A stretch of 64,000 bases of DNA from Cetorhinus maximus (Eukaryota), in NCBI RefSeq assembly GCF_964194155.1, contig NC_135901.1, positions 35,960,001 through 36,024,000 of the forward strand, written 5' to 3'. A model generated the notes under the pieces. It searched no databases. It was not told where the DNA came from and was given only the letters and a program-made list of their open reading frames with translations. A program made the position numbers and the translations under genes. Below are positions 1-10,168 of this stretch, one piece after another (position 1 is the stretch's first letter; every line of letters starts with the position of its first letter).

Positions 1-478
1 CAGAGGTGAGGACTCCTGCAGTGAATATCTCACCTCCTGACTCCCCAAAGCCTGTCCACAATCTACAAGGTACAAGTCAGGAGCGCGATGGAACACTCTC
101 TATTTGCCAGGATGAGTGCAGCTCCAAAAACACTCAGGGGCTCAACACCATCCAGGACAAAGCAATGCACTGGATTGGCACCACATCCACAAACATTCAT
201 TCTATCCACCACTGACGCACAGTGGCAGCAGTATCTACCATCTACAAGGTGCACTGCAGAAACTCACCAAGGTTCCTTAGGCAGCACCTTCCAAACCCAC
301 GACCACTACTATCTAGAAGGACAAGGGCAGCAAACACATGGGAACACCACTACCTGGAAGTTCCCCTCCATGTCACTCACCATCCTGGCTTGGAAATATA
401 TCGCCGTTCCTTCACTGTCACTGGGTCAAAATCCTTGAACTTCCCCCAGCATCTCATGAATGAATTTTTAAAAATTAA
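1..478 (+). mobile_element. 3' end of non-LTR retrotransposon (CR1/Jockey-group LINE, 'family A'), degraded
   Basis: Frameshifted ORF2 C-terminus (TIQDKA..IGTTSTNIHS..TIYKVHCRNSPRFLRQHLPNPRP); same sequence and 3' junction as 18190-18648. Confidence 0.8.
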
Positions 479-490
479 TTGTAAACACAA

Positions 491-562
491 AGTTTCCAGC
501 CGGGATTGAACCCGGGACTTTCTCATATAAAGTAAACGTGATAATCAGTGCACTAGGGAAAT
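491..562 (-). pseudogene. tRNA-Val-derived pseudogene, copy 1
   Basis: Minus strand ATTTCCCTAGTGCACTGATTATCACGTTTACTTTATATGAGAAAGTCCCGGGTTCAATCCCGGCTGGAAACT is colinear with vertebrate tRNA-Val (GTTTCCGTAGTGTAGTGGTTATCACG...GGTTCGAAACCGGGCGGAAACA); stems mismatched, B-box retained. Confidence 0.8.
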
Positions 563-689
563 GAGTGTGAATCACCCCCGGACAGAGGGGAACTGACCAT
601 CCATCTCTAGCTCTAATTCCCAAACAGAAAATGCTGCCAAGAATCAGCAAGTCAGGCTGAGTCTGTGACCGCTCTCACCATCTGAAACC

Positions 690-1100
690 GTCACAATGCC
701 CGGCTGATTGACGGCAGCTCGGGACCAATAGGAAGAGGTGGCGGGACTGGGGGTCTGAGCAGGAGCGGCTGGTCCTCCAACCAATCGGAGTCAATGAGGG
801 GCGGGGCGCAGGTGCAGGGTCATTGTGCCTGAAGCAAGGGGAGTGTGGGAGCTGAAGGAGGAAGGAGGCGGGAAAGGGTGAGTGACAGCCGAGTACAGGA
901 GAGAAATGGAGTCAGTGCGGACTCGAAGGTTTCATAAACACTCGGTGCAAACCTCCAGCCCCGAATTAGAAACTCCCGGTCCAGCGTTTGCACCAAATCG
1001 GCAACTGAGACTCTTCAGGTCTCAGGCCCGGGGTAACGGCCGCCATCTTTCTCGGGGCAATGTGCAGCAGGGCGCATGCGCGGTCATCCTGGTCCAGGTA
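690..1100 (+). promoter_or_regulatory. CpG-rich ZNF promoter cassette P1
   Basis: CCAAT at 725 and 781, GC box GGGGCGGGG ~798-806, donor-like GTGAGT at 878, YY1-type GGCCGCCATCTT ~1038-1049, NRF1-type GCGCATGCGC 1072-1081. Confidence 0.7.
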
Positions 1101-1429
1101 ATAGGAGGAGAGAATGTTGTGAATTTCTATCCTGGACTAACAGGGGTGGATTTTGGAAACTCCTTTCACAGGGGGTTAGAAGGGGAGAATTTACACACAG
1201 CAAACTCAAACCAAGGGAAATGTTTCCTCTTCTGATATAGATCTTGTAAATTTCTATCACAGGATATTAGAAGGGGAGGGTTGACAGACAGAAAATGCAA
1301 ATCAAGAATCCCATCAAGATCTGACAGTCACTCGATTCATCAGAACCTGAATATCATCGGCGTTTGAATGTGGAAGGAATAAGGTTTGTTTGTTTGATAT
1401 ATGGGATGAGGTTTTGAACATCTGTATGA

Positions 1430-1810
1430 CTGGAAATAGAGAGGGAGAGACCGTGGAAGGATTTGAAAACAAGAATGTGAATTTTAAAATTGAGGTGCTG
1501 CTTAACCAGGAGCCTGTGCAATCCATGAGCAGAGTGGTGGGATGAGCTGAGACTAGGGTGGAGTTGGGTAATATACTGAGGTGGTGATAGGTGATCTCCA
1601 TGAGGATGCAGATATATGCAAGCTAATCTTGGGTACAATATGACACCAAAGTTGTGAACACTCTGGTTCAGCACCAGCCAGTTATCAGGGATAGGGATGG
1701 CTCCATGGCTATGGAGTGGAGTTTGTAGCAGGGACTGAAGACACTGGCTTCAGTCTTCCCAATATTTAAATGGAGGAAATCGTTCATCCAATATTGGATT
1801 TCAGACCAGT
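1430..1810 (-). mobile_element. L2-type LINE fragment
   Basis: LNQSVHNFGVI..LHRLLVKQHLNFKIHILVFKSFHGL, typical of L2 ORF2 C-terminus. Confidence 0.7.
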
Positions 1811-1984
1811 CAGGATGGGTTTGGAGGGGAACTTGAGATGATGGTTTTCAGATAAATCTGCTACCCTGGTCCTTCCAGGTGGTGGAGGTTTTGTCAAAAC
1901 TTTGGGTGAGTTTTAAGTATTGAAAATCCCTCTCGGTCTCCCTCTGATGCTGCCACCACTTTTCTCTCTCTTTCCCCATGGAGT

Positions 1985-2150
1985 CCAGAGTCTTGTGTAG
2001 GCCCAGACCGGGTGGCAGGTCCCTCTCCCTGAAGGACATTAGTGAACCAGTTGGGTTTTTATGACAATCCAGCAGTTTTCATGGTCACTTTTTCCTCGTG
2101 CCGGCCCCACAAATTCCCAGATTCATTCAGCTCAATTTCACAACCTGCCT
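1985..2150 (-). mobile_element. SINE-like fragment antisense to the gene, just upstream of the coding-exon acceptor
   Basis: GTGACCATGAAAACTGCTGGATTGTCATAAAAACCCAACTGGTTCACTAATGTCCTTCAGGG core; also at ~6682-6845, 27628-27760, 44777-44940, 47990-48150, 61032-61195. Confidence 0.6.
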
Positions 2151-2290
2151 ATTTGTTTTTGTGGGTTCTCTCTCACTCCCTTTTTTTGTCTTAAATCAAT
2201 TTCACAGGGGATTAGAAGGGAAGGATTTGCAGTCGGGGAAACTGAAACCAAACATCACATCAGGATCTGACAAATCATTGGGTTTTGAAC

Positions 2291-3186
2291 ATGGAAGGAA
2301 AAAGCACCGTTCACAGTGGGGAGAAACCGTACACGTGTTCTGTGTGTGGACAGTCTGTGGAACTGCGGGAACTGTGTGCAGGGATTCAGAACCCCATCTG
2401 ATCTGGAAACTCATCAGTGCACACGCACCAGGGAGAGACCGTCCATCTGCTCTGAGTGTGGGAAGCGATTCACTCAGTTATCCCACCTGCTGATACACCA
2501 GCGAGTTCACACTGGGGAGAGGCCTTTCACCTGCTCCGAGTGTGGGAAGGGATTCACTCAGTCATCAAACCTGCGCACACACCAACGAGTTCACACAGGG
2601 GAAAGACCGTTCACCTGTTCTGAGTGTGGGAAGAAGTTCACTCATTCATCCGATCTGCTGACACACCAGCAAGTTCACACTGACAAGAGACCTTTTAAAT
2701 GCCCAGACTGCGGGAAGTGCTTTAAAAGTTCCAGGGAACTATTGTCCCATCAACATGTTCACACTGACGAGAGACCGTTCAGGTGCCCTCACTGTGGGAC
2801 TGGGTTCAGACATTCATCTCACCTCACTGTACACCAGCGAATTCACACTGGGGAAAGGCCATTCACCTGCTGAGTGTGGGATAGGATTCACTCAGTTATC
2901 CAACCTGCTCGCACACCTGCGAGGTCACACTGGGGAGAGACTGTTCACCTGCTCCGAGTGTGGGAAGGGATTCACTCGGTCATCTGATCTGCTGACACAC
3001 CAGCGAGTTCACACTGGGGAGAGACCATTCACCTGCTCCGAGTGTGGGAAGGGATTCACTCGGTCATCTGACCTGCTGACGCACCAGCAAGTTCACAGTG
3101 GGGAGAGGCCATTCACCTGTTCTGAATGTAGGAAAGGATTTACTCGACCATCTGAGCTGCTGAGACACCAGCAAAATCATGAATAA
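2291..3186 (+). pseudogene. C2H2 zinc-finger array pseudogene (~10 fingers, two frameshifts)
   Basis: [19 protein letters not shown] at 2291; deletion/frameshift near 2352 fuses fingers 1 and 2; 2-bp loss near 2870; TGERPF linkers in ORFs 2316..2873 and 2755..3186; AATAAA at 3293. Confidence 0.88.
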
Positions 3187-3374
3187 CTACAATGATTGGA
3201 TTTTGCTGTTAATCACAACTGGGACTGAACCATGTTCACTGGGGTCTGTTTTTCCAGCCCAATTATAGGATTATCATTCTGGATAAAAGTCAAATAAATC
3301 AGCTTTGTTTTAAATACACAGCATGTTGAGTCTTTTTCATATCTCGGGAACACAAGTTAGTTCCTTTTGAAGGG

Positions 3375-3660
3375 CTCTCCCTCTCTCCTGTCTCCTCCAT
3401 CCTCACCTCCAACAAGTGTGAGGAGCTCATGGAGCTTCTTTGTCACTAAGATTGAGACAATCCGATCAGCTGCCTCTGCTGCTTCCCTTCCACTAACCCA
3501 CCGGGACAAACTGTCTCTTAATTTCCCCCTTGCCTGAGCCCACATTTTCCTCTTGTTTTTCACGATTTTCCCTCACACCATCTCTGTCTCATCTTGTCCA
3601 TTAGACCCACCTCCACCCTCGAGACTATTCCCACTAAACTGCTGACCATGCAACTTGCTC
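3375..3660 (+). mobile_element. L2-type LINE fragment abutting the ZNF 3' UTR
   Basis: CEELMELLCH..IETIRSA segment; the same junction follows the ZNF genes at ~21890, ~26490(-) and ~43480(-). Confidence 0.6.
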
Positions 3661-3669
3661 ATGTTCATT

Positions 3670-4095
3670 GGTGCAAAAACACAACAAGAAAAGTGGCCCA
3701 ACCATGGCTCACAAAATAAATTAAGGAAAATATTAGATCCAAAGACGAGTCATATAAAGTTGCTAGAAAATGTAGCAAGCCTGAGGATTGGGAGCAGTTT
3801 AGAATTCAGCAAAGGAAGACCAAGAGATTGACGAAGAGAGGAAATATAGAGTATGAGAGAAAACGTGCAAAGAACACAAACGAGCACAGTAAAAGCTTCT
3901 ATAAGTACGTAAGAGGAAAAAGATTAGTGAAGATAAATGTATTACAGTCTAAAATGGGAGAATTCATAATAGAGAACAAAGAAATGGCAGAGCAATTGAA
4001 CAACTACTTTAGTTCTGTCTTCATGCAGGAAGACACAAATAACTTCCCAGAAATACTAGTGAACCAAAGGTCTAGTGAGAAGGAGGATATGAAGG
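3670..4095 (+). mobile_element. CR1 LINE ORF2 fragment
   Basis: KSFYKYVRGKRLVKIN..NKEMAEQLNNYFSSVF. Confidence 0.75.
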
Positions 4096-4599
4096 AAAGC
4101 AGTTGGTCATCTGACCTAATATGTCCTTATGCCCCTGTGAAACTTCTTGGGACAATGTATTACGTTAGATGCTCGATATAAATATAAGTTGTTGTAATTC
4201 AGTCAGACCTGATCACTTACTGAGTCTGTATCAATGTAACTCAGACAGACACAGCTTGTTGGAACAGACCTGGGGAGAAGAAGCTCTGAATTAATTACTG
4301 GACTTTCTGTTTGCCACAGTTGGGAAAATGGTGATTCTGTCCACACATCCAAATGAAGAATCAAGTCATCAAAGATGATTTGTTGTTTTGAGTTGAATTA
4401 TTTGGTAGAATTAGAGTGAAGGAATGGGATTGACCCACAGCCTGAGCCACCACTTTAAGGACAGGAAACGTGAGAATCTGGAGAGGAGAGAAGAATTAGT
4501 AGGTGACTGGGCACTGAATCTGGAACAATGAGCAGAGAGGGGGAGCAATGTGTGGGACAGGGGTTTATAGACTTGGGGGAATGAAAGGAGAAAGAATAT

Positions 4600-4862
4600 T
4601 CCATAGAAACTAGAATTGTCTGTTCTGAATTTCTATCCTGTACTGACAGTAAACACTTCGTGTAAACTCTATTCACAGGGGATTAGAGGTAGAGGATTTT
4701 CAGATGGGAAAATCAAACCAAAAATCTTGCAAGATCTTATAGAAACACCAAATTCATAAATGATCAGCCTCTGATTATGGAAGGAAAAATGTTTGTCTGT
4801 TCTGTCTGTGGGGAAGATTCACATCATCAGTGTGACTGGAAAATCATCAGGACACACACGAG
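4600..4862 (+). pseudogene. Orphan ZNF acceptor/head module with one dead finger, truncated by L2
   Basis: TCTATCCTGTACTGACAG..TTCACAG|GGGATTAGAGG..ATGGAAGGAAAAATGTTTGTCTGTTCTGTCTGTGGG; no finger array follows. Confidence 0.65.
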
Positions 4863-4869
4863 TTGGAAT

Positions 4870-5380
4870 CACATCTCGGGGTCAAACCTGACATCATGTG
4901 TGCAAAAAGTCTGGTTTACATTCAGACAGTTGTGAGGAAGAGGGATGGAGTTGGTAGCTCGGGAATAAAAACAATGGCTTCAGTCTTCCCAATGTTTAAT
5001 TGGAGGAAATTTCTGCACATTCACCACTGGATATCAGAAAAACAGTCTGATAATTTAACAAAAGTGGAGAAGTAGAGAGAGATGGTGGTGAGGTAGAGCT
5101 GGACACTGTCAGTGTACATGTGATAACTGACACTGTTTTCAGATGATGTCGTTGTGCAGAGCATGTTGATGAGAAATAAGAGGAGGCCAAGGCTGGATCC
5201 TTTGGGGACACCAGAGGTAACCGTGGGAGAGGGAAGGGAAGACATTACAAGGGATTCTCTGGCTATGATTAGACAGAGAAGAATGGATCCAGGAGAGAGC
5301 AGCCCCACCCAGCTGGACGACAGTGGAGAGGTGTTGAGCAGAATGGTGTGGTCATCCTTGTCAAAGGCTGTAAACAGGTT
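4870..5380 (-). mobile_element. L2-type LINE RT fragment
   Basis: VTSGVPKGSSLGLLLFLINM..SYHMYTDSVQLYL. Confidence 0.75.
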
Positions 5381-6065
5381 GAAGCTTGTGTAAATCAGTC
5401 TAAATTTGACAGATTGACATACAGTTTTTAAAAAAGCATATTTTCAGGATTATGAAAAGTTTTATGAGCCATAAAATGTTTGTAGAGGAGAAAACACCTT
5501 TCTGACTGTACATCACACCAATAGCTTCTGTTGAATATAAGTGAAACCATATTGTAGTGACTATGATAAAATCTGCTTGTGTGTGTAATTGGCAGTCATG
5601 TATATGAAATATCCTCTACACGCAGAAATGGAATTTCAAGATTTTATTTAGTGAAGAATTATAGAGTTATAAAGGGAATTATTAAGAGTTAATTATACAT
5701 GAGTCCAATTTACAATGTAGACTTTACACTATTTTAAATTTCCATTGAGCTTAGAGCAAGTATTTAGCTGCTTGAAGTGCTCTCTGCAGAATAATGATTG
5801 TCCAAACTGTCGGTCTGAAGCCTCCTCCCTGCTCAACATCTCCTGTAACCCCCAGATTTTCACTCCAGGGTCACACCAAGTTTCAGACATTAAAATGGGG
5901 TTTCACCGGGAAAAGGTTTGGGTAGCGCTGGATTAATAGACTCAGCGCATTGTGTTTAACACTAAACTGTTTTATTTGACTTTTATGTGGAATATATTAA
6001 CATTAGCAGCCCCTAATGAACAGTGTTCAGTCCTGGATGTGATTAACAGCAAAATCCAATCACTG

Positions 6066-6518
6066 TCATGACTCATGAACTTGCTGGTGTCTCAGCAGGT
6101 GGGATGAGGTAGTGAATCCCTTTCCACACTCGGAACAGGTGAATGGTCTCTCCCCAGTGCGAACTCGCTGGTGTCTCAGCAGGTTGGATGACCGAGTGAA
6201 TCCCTTTCCACACTCTGAGCAGGTGCACAGTCTCTCCCCAGTGTGAACTCGCTGGTGTCTCAGCAGGTGGGATACCTGAGTAAATCGTTTCCCGCACACG
6301 GGGCAGGTGAACGGCCTCTCCCCAGTGTGACTGCGCCAATGCGTTTCCAGCTGAGACTGGTAGATAAATCCCTTCCCACATTCCCCACATTTCCACAGTT
6401 TCTCCCCAGTGTGACTGCGCCAATGCGTTTCCAGCTGAGACGGGTAGTTGAATCCCTTCCCACATTCCCCACATTTCCACAGTTTCTCCCCAGTGTGAAC
6501 GGTGCCTTTTCCCTCCAT
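6066..6518 (-). CDS. C2H2 zinc-finger protein, 5 fingers (150 aa), no effector domain
   Basis: Open frame from ATG ([16 protein letters not shown]); fingers 1 and 2 are an 84-bp tandem duplication; finger 4 ends HQRVR; acceptor-like site ~6624; AATAAA (minus) at 5971-5976. Confidence 0.75.
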   Translation of the reverse strand: MEGKGTVHTGEKLWKCGECGKGFNYPSQLETHWRSHTGEKLWKCGECGKGFIYQSQLETHWRSHTGERPFTCPVCGKRFTQVSHLLRHQRVHTGERLCTCSECGKGFTRSSNLLRHQRVRTGERPFTCSECGKGFTTSSHLLRHQQVHES

Positions 6519-6974
6519 ATTCAAAACCTAATGATATTCAGGTTACGATACATTGGGCAACTCCGTCAGATCCTGATGTGATGTTTGGTTTCAGTTTCCT
6601 GCAAATCCTCCCCTTTTAATACCTTGTGAAATTGATTTAAAACAGAAAAAAGGGAGTGAGAGAGAACCCACAAAAACACAAAGGCAGGTTGTGAAATTGA
6701 GCTGAATGAATCTGGGAATTTGTGGGGCTGGCACTAGGAAAAAGTGACCATGAAAACTGCTGATTGTCATAAAAACCCAACTGATTCACTAATGTCCTTC
6801 AGGGAAGAGAACCAGCCACCCGGTCTGGATCTACACAAGACTCTAGCCTCTATGGGAGCAGATGAGAGGGAGAGAGAGAGAGAGAAATGGGAGTGGGTGC
6901 AGGGGAGCGAGAGATTAGAGTGAGAGACGGGGGTGAAGGAGAGGGATATCTGGCACCATCTGTGCAGAGAGAAA

Positions 6975-7016
6975 CAGAGTTAACATTTCGAGCCCTTGAG
7001 ACTCTTCTTCAGAATT
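6975..7016 (-). ncRNA. Minimal hammerhead ribozyme motif in a Penelope-like fragment
   Basis: Minus strand AATT CTGAAGA A GAGTCT CAA GGGCTC GAAA TGTT AACT: CUGANGA and GAAA core plus a 6-bp stem II; duplicate at 61320-61360. Confidence 0.55.
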
Positions 7017-7169
7017 GGTGAAGCAGAGGGGATTTATATTTCTACAACTCGGCCAGAACTTAGGCAGAATCTCCCAAACCTTCAAACTCCAACCTAGAAG
7101 GACCAGGGTAGCAGGTGTATGTGAACACCATTACCTCCAAGTTCCCCTCCAAGTAACACACCATCCTGA

Positions 7170-7855
7170 CTCGACTGACATCCGGTACTGGATGAGTAGA
7201 AATTTCCTTTATTTAAACATTGGGAAGACTGAAGTCATTGTCTTCAGTCCTCTCTACAAACTCCACTCCCCAGACACCTGCTCCATCCCTCTCCCTGACA
7301 ACTGTCTGAGACTGAACCAGACTGTTCACAGCCATGGTGAAATATTTCACCCCAAGATGAGCTTCCAACCACATATCCACATCATCACCAAGACCGCCTA
7401 TTTCCACCTCAGTAACATCGCCCGACTCCAGCCCAGTCTCAGCTCATCTGCTGCTGAAACTCTCATCCATTCCTTTGTTACCTCTCGACTTAACTATCCT
7501 AACACTCCCGGCTGGTCTCCCACATTCAACCTCCCTGTAATCTTGAGGTCATCCAAAACTCTACTGTCCCTGTGTTTACTCGCACCATGTCTTGTTCACC
7601 CATCACCCTGTGCTCACTGACCTGCAAAGGCTCCGGGTTAAGGGGAACTGAAATTTGAAATATCTCATCCCTGTTTTCACATTCCTGCACCCTAACTCAG
7701 AAATCTCCACCAGCCTCGCAACCCTCTGAGATATCTGAACTCCTCTGATTCCAGCCTCCTGTGCATTCCTGATTTGAATCACTCCAGCATTGGTAGCCAT
7801 TTTGTCAGTTTCGAAGTCCCAAGCTTTGGAATTTCCTCCCTAAACCTCTCTACCT
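7170..7855 (+). mobile_element. L2-type LINE 3' fragment
   Basis: DIRYWMSRNFLYLNIGKTEVIVF..TKTAYFHLSNIARL..AETLIHSFVTSRLNY. Confidence 0.85.
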
Positions 7856-9460
7856 CCTGAGGTCCCCAGCATCAGAGATGCCAGTCTTCAGCCAATTCGA
7901 TTCGCTCCACGTGATATTAAGAAATGGCTGAAGGCACTGGGTACTGGAAAGGCTATGGGTCCTGACAATATTCTAGCAATAGTATTGAAGACTTGTGCTC
8001 CAGAACTTGCCGCACCCGTAGCCAAGCTGTTCCAGTACAGCTATAACACTGGTATCTACTTGGCTATGTGGAAAAATGTCCTGTACACAACAAGTAGGAC
8101 AAATCCTACCTGGTCAATTGCCACCCCATCAGTTTACTCTGGATCATTATAAAGTGATGGAAGGGGTCATCAACGCTTCTGTCAAGCGGCACTTACTTAG
8201 CAATAACCTGCTCACTGATGCCCAGTTTGGGTTCCGCCAGGGCCACTCAGCTCCTGACCTCATTGCAGCCTTGAACCAAACATGGACAAAAGTGCTGAAC
8301 TCTAGAAGTGACATGAGAGTGACTGCCCTTGATACCTTGGCAGCATTTGACCAAGTGTGGCATCAGGGAGCCCTAGCAAGACTGGAGTCAATGGGAATCA
8401 GGGATGAGTGGGTGGGTGGAGTCATACTGAGCACAAAGGAAGATGGTTGTGGTTGGTGGAGGTCAGTCATCTCAGTTCCAGGATATCACTGCAGGAATTC
8501 CTCAGGATAGTGTCCTGGACCCAGCCATCTTCAACTGCTTATCAATGACCTTCCTTCCATCATAAGGTCAGAAGTGGGGGTATTTGCTGATGATTGCACA
8601 ATGTTCAGCACCATTCACGACTCCTCAAACACTTAATAACTCCATCCTCAAATGCAGCAATATCTGGACAATATCCATGCTTAGGCTGACAAGTGGCAAG
8701 TAACATTCACGCCACACAAGTGCCAGGCTATGACCATCTCCGACAAGATAGAATCTAACTATCGCCCCTTGACATTCAAGGGCATTACCATCGCTGAATC
8801 CCACACTATCAACATCCTGGGCGGTTACCATTGACCAGAAACTCAACTGGACTAGCCATATAAATACTGTGCCTACAAGACCAGGTCAGAGGCTAGGAAT
8901 CCTGTGGTGATTAACTCACCTCCTGACTCCCCAAAGCCTGTACACCATCTACAAGGCACAAGTCAGGAGTGGGCTGGAATACTCTCTATTTGCCTGGATG
9001 AGTGCAGCTCCCACAACATTCAAGAAACTTGACACCGTCCAGGACAAAGCAGCCCGCTTGATTGGCATCACATCCACAAACATTCACTCCCTTCACCATC
9101 GACGCACAGTAGCAGCAGTGTGTACCATCTACAAGATGCACTGCAGGAATTCATCAAGGCTCCTTAGACAGTGCCTTCCAAACCTGTGACCACTACCATC
9201 TAGAAGGACAAGGGCAGCAGATAGATGGGAACACCACCACCTGGAAGTTCCCCTCCAAGTCACTCACCATCCTGGCTTGGAAATATATCGCCGTTCCTTC
9301 ACTGTCGCTGTGTCAAAATCCTGGGACTCCCTCCCTGACAGTACGGTGGGTGTAACCTACACCACATGGACTGCAACGATTCAAGAAGGCAACTCACCAC
9401 CACCTTCTCAAGGGCAATTAGGGATGGGCAATAAATGCCCAACCCAGCGAAGCCCACATC
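7856..9460 (+). mobile_element. LINE family A, 5'-truncated RT plus 3' end
   Basis: GPDNILAIVLKTCAPELAAP..QFGFRQGHSAPDL..FADD motif; multiple stops and frameshifts. Confidence 0.85.
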
Positions 9461-10168
9461 CCTTGGAAGATTTCAGAAGAAAACCCCCTGGAAGATTCCC
9501 TTTAAAAGCGACATCTTTGACCAAGCTTTTGGTCACCGGCCCTAATATCTCCTCATGTGGCTCAGTGTCAAATGTTACTTTTCTGTGAAATGTCTTGGAA
9601 CATGGAATAATATTAAAAGTGTGATAGAAGCAGAATTGATTGTTATTGATTTGGAATTATAAGGCCATCCCTTCATCATCGCTGGGTGAATAACCTGTAA
9701 CTCCTTACCTAACAGCATTGTGGGAGCACCTTCACCACACGGACTACAGTGGTTCAAGAAGGTCAAACATCATCTTCTCCACAAGCAACTGGGGATTGGC
9801 AATATTTGTTGGTATCTGTGGAGAGGGAAACAGAGTAAACATTTCAGGGTGTGCAGAATGAATTACAGGGAATTAAAATGGTGCAGAATTTGATGGTCAA
9901 TATGATCTCAGAGGTGGAAGATAAATGGACTATAGCGCAGGGGGAAACAATTCCTGACGATGAAAGATATTGAGAGAAGATAAAGCTAGGAAGCCAGCAG
10001 CACATGGTCGGGGGATGGGTAGCAGTGAAAACTTCATTTAGATTCAGTCAGCAAAAGTAACAGTAAAACACTAAACAGCTAAAATACACCCATATTAGAG
10101 ACAGAGGAAGTTGGGCAATAGCAGAGAGGTGATCAGAGAGGACAGAGCTGAAACAGAGCAATGGATGG

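Larger units (their letters stand above)
4097..9653 (+). repeat. Segmental duplication, direct copy A of 58140-64000
   Basis: Colinear, highly similar sequence: orphan head exon, L2, AT-rich block, minus-strand ZNF, SINE, L2, LINE-A. Confidence 0.95.

Noticed and set aside
5385-5830. AT-rich block possibly from a DNA transposon (also 59820-60260)
   Set aside because: No terminal inverted repeats, TSD or coding similarity that I can identify
6073-6581. Alternative-frame and antisense ORFs over finger arrays (SSHWGET.., MNSLV..)
   Set aside because: Well-known shadow frames of C2H2 repeats
7015-7620. 201-aa ORF preserved in both duplicates (also 61359-61964)
   Set aside because: TTG start, chimera of LINE-A and L2 fragments, antisense to the host gene; preservation is expected in a recent duplication
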